A DNA stretch of 64,000 nt from NCBI GenBank assembly GCA_043228905.1, contig JBHGNT010000022.1:5704001-5768000 (forward strand), written 5' to 3'. The notes under the pieces were generated by a model. It was given only the letters and a program-made list of their open reading frames with translations, was not told the origin of the DNA and ran no database searches. This DNA is from Azolla caroliniana. Its lineage: Eukaryota > Plantae > Polypodiophyta. Of the stretch, positions 24,931-35,774 are shown one piece after another. The first letter of the stretch is position 1. Each line of letters opens with the position of its first letter. Position numbers and translations under genes: made by a program.

Positions 24931-27637
24931 TGTCGTGAAGAATTTCGGCCAAAGGCGAAAACCAGGAAACATTGGCTACATCGGCGGGGTGCAGCGTGTG
25001 TACGCACCCATGTACATTTAGTGTGAATATCGAGGGCGCCTTTATGGCGCCCAAGAGTAGTCAAGTTGGGACAGACGATCCCATGTAAGTCGGGATTTGT
25101 CCCACATTGTAACGCATCCTTTCCTTGATCTATAAAAGGAAGGGAACGCCCTTTGTGTAAGGGTTGCCCATTTTTGCATTAGAGGGTATACCGGTAGGTT
25201 TAGGGTTAGGTTTCTTCTGCTTCTTCTTCTTCCCCTTCGTGTTCGCTTAGGGTTTGCTTCAGCTCATCTCCTGTGCAAGACCCCGCTCGGCGCGACGAGC
25301 CCATGAGCTCCCCGACAGCGGCTTGGCAGTAGACGACTATTGTAACCTACCTCAGTCCGGCTCGAAGCCGGGAGTGTATTCTTCTTATATATATATACAT
25401 ATACGTTTGCGTCTCTCTATGTATATTGGCGTCTTGTTGGTGTCGGGTGCTCCCCTCCTTCCCTGCGTTTCCTGTACATAAGGGCTTGAGTCGAGTCGAG
25501 CTGTGTGTGCGTGTGTGTACGCAGCTCTCAAAGCGATGCTCGAGGAAGAGGGGAAAATCGAAGCCGAAGAAGGGCTTATTATGGAGTCGGGCCGGAGGTG
25601 ATCGGAGGATGAGGAGGCCAAAAGAGAATGGTACATCGGTACCACGGGAGAGGGTGCGGGACGAGCCACCCTCTCGACATGCGGAGAAAGATCGACCGAG
25701 GACGAGGTCGGGGACGGTGAGGCGGCGATCGCCGATGCGAGCGGACATGAGGGAGTTCGGGCATGGAGGCCCGAAGCATCGAGCGGGGAGAAGACAGGCG
25801 GTGGTGCCGCGACCTTACGCACACCGGGCCTAGTGACTCCGGCAACCGGCCCGAGAGCCGGTGTGAGACCTAGAGTGACGGGCGGTGGCGGCGGCAAGGC
25901 GGGCGACCACGACGGCGGCGATGTGGGAGAGGGTGCGGAGCGAGCGACCCTCTCGACTTGTGGAAAGAAGACGGCACAAGGGAGGTGCCGAGAACGAAGT
26001 GACAAGTACCTAGTGGACTGCACAGGGTCGGGATCAGGATGGCAAGAGAGGCCGAAGGAGGATCCTCCACACTCGCTTCGTAGATCTCGGTAGCTCCGTC
26101 GAAGTAACGAAGACTGACACGGCAAGCCGGGGTGACATGCTGGTGGGGGCGAGGGGACGACAACAAGTGGTAGACTCAGGACTTATCGTGGCAGCATGAA
26201 GACGGGAAGGGCCAAGCGGGCTACTACGGGGTGTTCCTCAGATCCAAAGGACACCGGTATGAGGGTAAACGACGATGCACGATCTGGCCAAAAAGGGGGC
26301 CGACGAGGCGTGCAATAAACCGGAGTGCGACACGGGCGGTGCCAAACAACGGGCGAGGGAACATGGCACACGGAGGTGCCGAAGCGGAAAGGCGAGCGCA
26401 GAGATCGGTTGCGCGGTTCGGAGGTAGCGCGGGGAAGGGACCCTCCACACCGTTCCGGAGATCATGGCGGTTCGAGCCGACGCGGCGACGTAAGACCATG
26501 GAGAAGGAAGGTGGCGGCGAGAGGACGAGGGCAACGCGAAACGACATGGGACGGCAATCAGGACGACGCGAATCAACAACGGAGGCCAAGCAGGCTGCCA
26601 CGGGCATTCCTCAAGCGGAGGACATCGGGCATACGACGGAAGCGAGGCGTTCATACGGCCGAACAAGGGCCAACGGAAGTACGCGTACTACGAAGATCGC
26701 GGCAGAGGACCCATCGACAGATCGAACGATCCTACGGGGAAGCGAGCGCGAAAGAAGACTCGAAGCCGACGGGTCAAACTGGCAGCGAGCCGGGATGCGG
26801 ATCACGGGAGACCGGTTTCTCACCGGCCGAAATCTCTCACCCTTCAACCATGCAGTTAGGTGGGGGCGGATGTCGTGAAGAATTTCGGCCATAAGCGAAA
26901 ACCGGGAAACATTGGCTACATCGGCGGGGTGCAGCGTGTGTACGCACCCATGTACATTTAGTGTGAATATCGAGGGCGCCTTTATGGCGCCCAAGAGTAG
27001 TCAAGTCGGGACAGACGATCCCATGTAAGTCGGGATTTGTCCCACATTGTAACGCATCCCTTTCCTTGATCTATAAAAGGAAGGGAACGCCCTTTGTGTA
27101 AGGGTTGCCCATTTTTGCATTAGAGGGTATACCGGTAGGGTTAGGGTTAGGTTTCTTCTGCTTCTTCTTCTTCCCCTTCGTGTTCGCTTAGGGTTTGCTT
27201 CAGCTCATCTCCTGCGCAAGACCCCGCTCGGCGCGACGAGCCCGTGAGCTCCCCGACGGCGGCTTGGCAGCAGACGACTACTGTAACCTACCTCAGTCCG
27301 GCTCGAAGCCGGGAGTGTATTCTTCTTATATATATATACATATACGTTTGCGTCTCTCTATGTATATTGGCGTCTTGTTGGTGTCGGGTGCTCCCCTCCT
27401 TCCCTGCGTTTCCTGTACATAAGGGCTTGAGTCGGGTCGAGCTGTGTGTGCGTGTGTGTGCGTGAGTCGGTGTTAAGCACTCTCCCTCTCTCTCGCTCTC
27501 TCTCCCTTCGGTTGCTTCCGGTGTGCTTCTGAGATGCCCCAGAAGTAGTGAAGCACGACTTCCTACGCTCCGTCGCTCCCTAGTCCAAGACCCCCGTGGC
27601 CCCGCCTTTCTCCACACACGCGCGTAACAACGCGACA
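24931..27637 (+). mobile_element. Non-autonomous LTR element X1 (4-bp-TSD Gypsy group), internally deleted
   Basis: TSD ACGA; partial 5' LTR 24931-~25517; complete 3' LTR 26871-27637; PPT AGGTGGGGGCGGA; GC-rich repeat interior homologous to 30086-32830; no pol. Confidence 0.88.
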
Positions 27638-28676
27638 ACGAGAAGGAAGGACAAGGGTGTCCTATCCCAAGTAGATGTGAATGTGACACAACATCTGGAC
27701 AGAGGAAGAAACAGACAAAGAACTCCACAAAGGAGGGACAAATTCCAAGCTCGGTCCAAGTCTAGAGGTAAGCTCACATGTTTCTATTGTGGAAAACCTA
27801 GAGACTTCCAGAAGGACAAAGGTGCCTCAAAGGATGTTCGAGATGTGCCCAATTAAAGCTGAATTTGATATCAACTAGCAGAATGGACGAAGAAGGCTAT
27901 AGTGGTTGCTTTGGAAATGGAAAATGGTTTTCTTTGTCGTGGAAACCTCATAATGGCCCAAGCACAAAAGGAAGGTACATTGTATACGATTCATGCCTGA
28001 CTAGGCAAGTCGGAAGCAAATGTGGTAGCCGACTTGAGTGGTGAATTATGGCATAAGAGGCTTGACCACATCAGTGAAAAGGGAATGCATATCCTAGGAA
28101 CTTCTCCCAAAAGTGAAAGGAGTGCACTTGGAGAAGTGTGTCGACTACTTTGTCGGAAAGCAGAAGATAGCTGCATTCCACATGGAACCACCAAGGAGAA
28201 GAGAAGTTGCACTGGAACTAGTGCACACAGACGTGTGCTATGTAGATGCCCCATCGCATCGAGGTGGACAGTTCTTTGTGATGTTCATAGATGACTATAG
28301 TCAAAATTTGTGGGCTTTCGTACTAAAGACCAAGGACCAAGTAATGTTGTTCTTCAAGGAATTCCAGGAAAGGGCCGAAAGAGTGTCGAGTTGGAAGTTG
28401 AAGGTTGTCCGAACCGACAATGGTGGTAAATATATAGGGCAATTCGAAGAGTACTCCAAGGCCTAAGGTATTCAAATCTAATACACGGTGTTGAAGACCC
28501 TTGAGTAGAAAGGGTTTGCAAAGAGGATGAATCAGACGATTACAGAGAGAGTAAGGAGCATACGGTCACATGCTAAGATACTAGAATCGTACTGGGTTGA
28601 GGCGATGTATACAGTTGTTTATGTCATCAACATGTCTCCCTCGTCTTCGGATGTTTGGTGTATACGCATGTAGCTA

Positions 28677-29343
28677 CATACATCCGAATGTATCAAGTCG
28701 AGCTTGTTACGGCTCCGGTTTCGCTCGTTGTGGAATGGAAGTCGGTGTTGCTTCCCAAGCTGGCAGGCTTCACAAATTTGGGCCTTCCGGCCACTAAATT
28801 TCGGCAATCCGAATACCACCTGTTTCGATTGAAGTTCTTGAAGCCTCTAATAGTTGACATGGCCGATCCGCTTGTGCCACAAGTCGATATCCGACTCGAC
28901 TTTCTGTCCTTTTGCGAACAAAGCGGTGCCAATGTCGTTGGTATCGAGGTGAACATCCTCTTGTCCATGTGCCCTTGCTCGATGATTTGGCCCTCTTCCT
29001 CGATGAAGCACCCGAGGTGGGTGAATCGAAGTTGCATTCCCTGGTCGACGATCTGCCTGACTGACACCATGTTCTTCGTAATTTTCAAGGTGTGTAACAT
29101 GTTCATCAACTTCCCCTTTTGTCCAACATGGTTGAGGGGAACTTCTCTAACATGTTCAATCAGATGCAGAGTGTCATCTCCAGTTTCGACCACTCTCGGT
29201 TGCTCCGGTTTCTCTAAGTATGAGAACCATTCTTCATGGCTTGTCATGTGATTTGACACTCTGGAGTCAACATACCACTTGTGAGGTGGTCTTCTTCATC
29301 GAGTTTTCCTTGTGCTTCATAACAAAGGTTGGCTCTTTTCTGG
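28677..29343 (-). mobile_element. Copia family A fragment (protease to integrase start)
   Basis: SNHMTSHEEWFSYLEKP...FTHLGCFIEEEG and ICEACQLGKQHRLPF...LIHSDV on the minus strand. Confidence 0.88.
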
Positions 29344-32300
29344 TGTCGCGTTGTTACACGCGTGCGTGTAGAAAGGGGCGGGACCACGGGGGTCTCGAAC
29401 GAGGGAGCTCGACAGACAAGAAAACCGACTCCGGACATGTCCTAGAGGCAACCGAACACAAAGAGAGTGAGAGAGAGAGAGAGAGCTTGCGCGCACTACA
29501 CCGACACTTATGCACGGAAAACAAAAAGGGGTGGAAACACTCACACTACCAGAGACACGGATGTGCACAACCAAATATATATATATATTACAATGGAAGA
29601 GATTCAACCCCGACTTCGAGCCAGACCAAGGTAGGGTAGGTTGCAACGGAAGTCTGCTGCCAAGCCGCCGATCGAGAAGCTCTCAGGCTCGTCGCGCCGA
29701 ACGGGGTCTTGCACAGGGGACCGATCAAAAGCAAACCCTAAACAGACACAAACTCTCAACCCACACGACGACGAAGAAGATGAAGGAGAAGAAGAAAGAA
29801 ACTACCTAACCCTAAATCTAACGGTATACCCTCCTAACTCAAAATGTGCAACCCCTTCACAAAGGGCGCTCCCTTCCTTTTATAGAACAAGGAGAGGGAT
29901 GTGTAACAATGTGGGATAAATCCCTTATAACATGGGATCCTCTATTCCAAATTAACTATTGTCTGGCGCCATGATGGCGCCCCTATCATTTACACGATTT
30001 GTACAAGGGTGAGTGCACATGCTCCACCCCGCCGATTCTTCCGATATTCTCTGATTTCTAAATGTGGCCCGAAATCTTCACCACATCCGCCCCCACCAAA
30101 CCGCACGTCCACTGGTACATGCCAAATCTGGAGAAAGGCGAAAGATTCAGGCCAGTGAGAAACCGGTCCTCCGTGACCTGCATCCTGGCTTGTCGCGTCG
30201 ACTGTTGCCGGTTTGAACCGTTGGCTCCGGTTCATCCTTCGCGCTTGCCTCCCCGTAGGCTCGTTCGACCCGTCATTAGGTCATTCGCCGTGATCCCATA
30301 GTCCACGTGCTTCCCTTTGTTGGCTCTTCGCTCGCCCGTATGCACGCTCTACTCTCCGCCGCACACCAGGTGTTCTACGCTTGAGGAACACTCGTTGTGG
30401 CCCGCTTGCCTCGGTTCTCGTTCCGCACTGATCCCCATCGCCTTCATCCCCTCGCCGCCACCTACCTTCTCCTTGGTCTTACGCTACCACGGCGGCCGAA
30501 GTGCCAAGGTCTCCGGAACCAGTGTGGAGGATCCCTCTTTGGCCTTCTACGCGAGATCACTTGAACTGGCAACCTATCTCCGCACTGGTGTTCCCGCTCC
30601 GGCACCTCCGTGTGTTGTGCATCCCCCTTCCCGTGCTCGGCTCCACCCATGCCGAACCCCGGTTTCATCCTATGCACGTGTCGTCGGCCCTCGCCCAGCC
30701 AAATCGTGCATCGCCGCTTCTCCACATACTGGTGTCCTCCGCATCCAAGGAACACCCCATACTAGCCCGCTTGGCCACTTTCGTCTTGCACTGCTGCCAC
30801 CGGTTTGGAGCCTTCCACTTGTCGTCGTCCCCTCGCCCCCACCAGCTTGTTATCTTGGGTTTGGCACGCCACGCCAGTCGTTGTCACTCCGACTGAGCCG
30901 CCGAGATCTCTAAAGCGGGCGTGGAGGATCCTTCTCGGGCCCTCGATCTTGTTTCCGGTATCCATCCCGCGTAGTCCGTTTATGCACACGCGTGTTCTCG
31001 TTCTTGGTTCCTCCGTGTGCCGTCTTCCGCCTTCCTTGTTCGGCACCGCCTGTGCTGAACACCATCCCTTACTTGTGCTTCGCTTTGGCCCTTGATGGCC
31101 AGACGCACGTCTTCCGTTCCGCTTTCGGGTGTGCCCTTTCCGGCTCGGCACACCACTCCTTAACCAAGTGTCCCCAGCAGCTTATCGGAAGATCATCCTT
31201 GCCGCGTATCGGCCCGCATGGTCTCCTTCGTTCCCGTAACGCCTTGGTTGGTCGGTACTCCTGTTGTTGCCGCCTTCGTCCCCTTGTCGCCACCTTCCAT
31301 TACCCTCGGTCTCACGTTGCCACGTCGGCCAAACAGCCTAGGTCTCCAGGCAAGTGTGAAGGATCCTTCTCGGGCCCGTCGTATATCGGACCCTTATCTC
31401 GGGTTGTCTTTCTCCGCAAGTCGAGAGGGCGGCTCGTTCCACACCCTCTCCCATGGTACCGACGTACCGTGTCCCCAGCCTCTTCGTAGCCCTGCTCTCT
31501 CTCCCCTCTTCCAGATCGGTTACCCGGAAGTCCACTCCACCCGGTTCTCGTCTGGGTACGTCCGTCACTTCACATTGTCGGGTCCCGTTTCCTGCCGCCA
31601 CCGTCCTTCTCACTCGGTCTCACATTACCATGTCGGCTCAAACTATCGGCATCTCCGGATCGGTGTGAGGATCCCATAAGACCAGTCTTCGCTCTCCACT
31701 TCCTTCGTTGTACTTCTCCCGAACTCGTCGTCGATCTTTTCACCATGCTCCCGCCTCCATCTTCCATCTCTCTCGGTCTCACGTTAGCCTCGTTGTCGGC
31801 GGCCGGAGTCTCAGATCAAGTTGTGGGGACACCGATTTCATAACGACTCCGACGACTCATTCGGGCCACCGACCTTTTTAGTGGTGTCTGTGGAAAGCAT
31901 TTGCTCTGTGATCAATCAAGCTCCGCCTGGGCTTGATTCTCCAATGTCCGGAGTTTCGGCTCCGATGCCGACCCTGTTGGACACGTTCTGAACCCTTGAT
32001 CACCTTCCTCTCGATTCCCGACCTTTGCCCGGTCGGTCTTTCTCCCCATGTAAAAGAGGGCGTCTTGTTCTGCACCCTCTCCCGTATCGGCACCTTCATG
32101 CCGATTCTGGCCCCTTTCGAACAATCCACGACCGGATCACGCTCCACCCGAGTCGGAATGCAGCACGGCTCGGTCCCCGGTCGAGTCATTTCTTTGTTCT
32201 TTCGTCGACCTTCTCACGGGCCATTTCCCATCCATCTTCGCTAGCATCGTGCCAGGACTCCTCGATACCGTCATCCATGTCCGCAGTTTCACGTGGGTGT

Positions 32301-33577
32301 AAGGGCCCGAATGCCGAGTTCTCCGGAATCGGTTCCGAGGGCTCTTGTCCATTCCTTCCCCGTATCGTCTCATCGATGATTCTCAGTCTCATGCCACCAC
32401 CTTCCTCCCCTTCGGACTCATGTGGGCACTCGGGCCCAACTGCCATCATCTCGGGAGCAAGTGTGGGAAGACGCGAAGAATCGTCCATCCGTTTTACGCC
32501 CTTGGCCGTACGCACCGGCTCCTTGTGCCCGGTGGTTGTCCCCTTATCGATTGTGCAAGCCCCGCCTGGGCTTGCTTCTCCACTGTCCGGAGTTTCGGGC
32601 TGACGTGCCAGAAACCGCCGGTCCCAATGTTCCGAACCTGCGATTCGTATCTCGGCCTCGTCCTTGGCCATTCTATCTCTACAAGCCGAGAGGGCGTTTT
32701 GTTCTGCACCCTCTCTCGTGGTACCGTCGTACCGATCTTCTGCCATCTCTAGGGGCAAGTTCGTCTCCTCGGTGTCAGCTCGTGGCCTTGATCTTTCCTC
32801 TTCCTCGAGCATTGCCTTGAGAGTTGCATATGCCTCCGCAATCTTGGCCCCGAAGCCGAGCCTTGCCGACTCTTGGTCGTTTGGCCTCTTCCCGCTATGA
32901 TGGCACCCCGTCATGTGCCTTCCTCCTAGCCTTCTCAGCCCGCTCGTCATCCAGCCGTTGGCATACCCTTCCGACCTTCGACCAGTCCTCCGTAAGGCCA
33001 TTCGCTCCATCCTCTTCTTCGAGCTCAATCCCGATGGCCTCCCATTCCGCTCGGTCAATCGACTTAACGAACAACATGACTTTGTCCGCCCCTACCAAAC
33101 CTTGTTCCCATTCCGGGAGCCGAGCAAGCCGTCGCTCGAACTCTCGGAACGCCTTCGTTGCGCCCCAATAGGTCTTCGTTGATGCCACCCACTGATCGAA
33201 GCCGCATCGTCCCCGGTCTTCGGTCATCCTCCATATGCCTGCAGGAGCGTCTCTTCGAAGGCCTACCATGAACTATGAGCTTCTCTGAGCTCCTTCACTT
33301 CCGCCTGCATACGGACGACGACGACCTGACAGAAGAACTCCAGCCTCAACGCCCCGTCTACGTCTCGCTCCTCCATTTCCACGTTGTAGGATTCCAAGTA
33401 GAATGGGACTTTGTCCCTGTTGAAACGGCCGACTCTTTCGACCACTCGCTCAACAACGTGCTACGTCGTCTCTCTTCTTGTTGTTGCTCGTCCAAAACTC
33501 CCTCACCGCTTCCACAAAAAGTTGCGTGAAGTCGTCTTCTTCCAACTCCGTTCTCCCTTTCCGCCCTTCACGTCGGG
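29344..33577 (-). mobile_element. Gag-only non-autonomous LTR element X2 (5' end lost at the Copia D insertion)
   Basis: 3' LTR 29344-30085 related to LTR 26871-27637; PPT 30086-30097; gag remnant ~33450-32900; low-complexity ORF and repeat modules; no PR, RT, RH or INT motifs found. Confidence 0.82.
32186..33445 (-). pseudogene. Gypsy-type gag remnant with acidic repeat extension
   Basis: VGRFNRDKVPFYLESY...KVMLFVKSID...DGANGLTEDWSKV; located at the 5' side of the element; broken by a stop and frameshifts. Confidence 0.65.
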
Positions 33578-33745
33578 TGTCGAATACAAGTGTATAATGG
33601 ACGTATTCACACTATCCCTTTAGGCCATTTGTGTAATTAGCATAAAGGGTAGTTGCCCTAAGTCGGTCGCTATATATAGTGACCTTGTAACCTTTTTGTA
33701 AGGTTGGGTGTTGTATTATTGCTTTGTGGAATAAGAAAATCTTTT

Positions 33746-33783
<38 letters not shown>

Positions 33784-35774
33784 AACGACCTAGAAACTGT
33801 CATACGCAGGTATTCAAACACCAATCGAATGCTTCTTGATCTTCCGCATAGACGACCTCGTCCCCAACATCTGGTATCAGAGCCTGCACAGTAGTCGGTC
33901 CTTCAATCTGCTGTCGGCCGTCGTCTCAGCCTGCACAGCATTCGGTTCCCTGCGTCATTCGAAGAAGAGAGAAGAAGAAGAGAAACGAGGCTTGCATCTC
34001 ATCGCGTTAGATCATCTTCGCTTGGAGTAAGCCAGTAGGTTGTACTCTGTCCCTTGTGATCGTAACCGCTCGAGGTGAAATCCCCTTGTGCAACATTGAC
34101 ACGATCGTGCTCCACCCGGTTAAACGGCATCCGAAGAGGTAATCAAACGCCGCTCATTGTAACCACTCGGTGCAGATCGGTCTCAAGACAACAACCCCAA
34201 ATTCGTGCTTCATCTGGCTGATCGACATTCGGGAGGATCAGTTGGATCCGTCTCTCTCGTTGCTGCAGTCAACCGAAGCAGAATCGGTCCAGATAATCGG
34301 TTTCAATAATCGGTATTCGGCATATATATCCGAAGCGAACCGGGCTCACTCCGACTCGGCAACATTCGGGAAGACCAGTCGGTTCTGTCCCTCAAGCTAC
34401 CGGAGTCAATTCGAGCAAGTTCCGAAGCCGAACCGACTCGGGTTCAAATCCGACTAGAGCGATATCGGGTGAGCCAACCGGCTGCACTCCAACAAGGCTC
34501 GTAGTCAACTCCGAACCGAGCTTCGTCAACCGAAACCAAATTTGATGGCATCAACATCCGGCTCGTCAGAAATGAGTCGACGAAAGTTTGATGGATCGAA
34601 CTTCAACTTCTGGAAGGAGCAAATGCAGGACTATCTCATAGTCAAGGGGCAAATGGATCCCATCGAAAATGAAGAACCTCCAGAAGGATACAAACCAATT
34701 GAGTGGCAGAAGCTGGACAGAATCGTCCGCGCCACGATTCGGATGCACCTATCGGAATCGGTATACTTTACGGTGCAATCGTGTACGACAGCATTCGAAC
34801 TGTGGAAAACACTGTCGGACACTTACGAAAAGAAAGTAGCCGCAACAAAGATGTTTCTGATCCGGCGCCTCTACAACTTGCGGATGAAAGAATCCGACTC
34901 GGTTCAAGCACACCTCAATGAGTACGAAAGCATAAGCTCCCAAATCTCGTCACAGGGGACGGCAATCGAGGATGAACTCAGAGCAATGATACTCATGAGT
35001 AGCCTTCCCTCATCATGGGAAACTTTCGTCACAACCGTGTGCAATGCGTCAACCACGGCTGTTAAATACTCCGAAGTCACGAGCGCAATCCTGACCGAAG
35101 CAGCTCGGAGAAAGTCGTTTGCCAAAGACTCAACAGACGACGCTTATGTAGTACAAGGTTCGACAGACCGATCGAACATACGAGGAAGAGATTCCTCACG
35201 ACCGCCGAACAATCAACGAAGACGGAGCCAGTCACGGGATAACCGAATCTGCAACTATTGCAAGAAACCCGGACACATCAAAGCCGACTGCCGCGCACTC
35301 AAGAACAAGAACAACAAGAAGAGTGGCCGGCATGAGGAGATCAATTACGTCAGCTTCTCAGCTGATGTGCTACCAGACGACCCGAATATACTATCAATCG
35401 AAAATCCAGTCGGATCAGAAGTCCTACTCACGACTGAAGAGTCGAGCACATGGCTCTTAGATTCGGGCGCGTCATTTCACGTGACTCCTCATCGATCCCA
35501 ATTTCGACAATATACGATCCGTCACTCCGACTCAGTTCGAGTCGGCAACTCACAACACTGTGACATCATCGGAATCGGCACAGTAGAGCTCAACCTTGCA
35601 GGTGGCTCTACACTTGTACTCCACAATGTCCGACATGTACCCGAGCTCTCAAGGCCATTGATCTCAGTCGGACAACTAGATGAAGACGGCATTCGTGCCG
35701 GTTTTTCTTCGGGAGGGTGGACACTCCACAGGGGGAACCTCCTGCTTGCTAGAGGACCCAAGATACACTCACTG
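33578..35774 (+). mobile_element. Copia family D copy D1 (5' LTR, PBS, gag, protease; truncated)
   Basis: LTR 33578-33869 TG...CA; PBS TGGTATCAGAGC at 33872; open ORF from 34545 with CNYCKKPGHIKADC and WLLDSGASFH. Confidence 0.93.
34545..35774 (+). CDS. Copia D1 gag-protease (open frame, truncated at the junction)
   Basis: Part of the 438-aa ORF; FDGSNFNFW gag motif, zinc knuckle and DSGA protease. Confidence 0.85.

Larger units (their letters stand above)
11892..28676 (+). mobile_element. Degenerate Copia family B element, split by two insertions; 3' end missing
   Basis: gag MEDLLIIKDLYEPID 12577-12907 resumes at 24890 after TSD TGAAA and at 27638 after TSD ACGA (RRKDKGVLSQ, KLTCFYCGKP); integrase LELVHTDVCY...RTDNGGKY 28113-28466. 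Confidence 0.8.

Noticed and set aside
27137-27151. TTAGGG repeats as an interstitial telomere
   Set aside because: Only about two units, located inside an LTR; telo-box-like motifs are common in plant LTRs.
24931-27637. Retrozyme (hammerhead-bearing non-autonomous element, also with 4-bp TSD)
   Set aside because: No CTGANGA...GAAA hammerhead core was seen by eye in these LTRs; an Infernal search would settle it.
25254-32900. Many overlapping 60-250 aa ORFs as host genes
   Set aside because: GC-rich, stop-poor retroelement interiors and LTRs with no recognisable domains.
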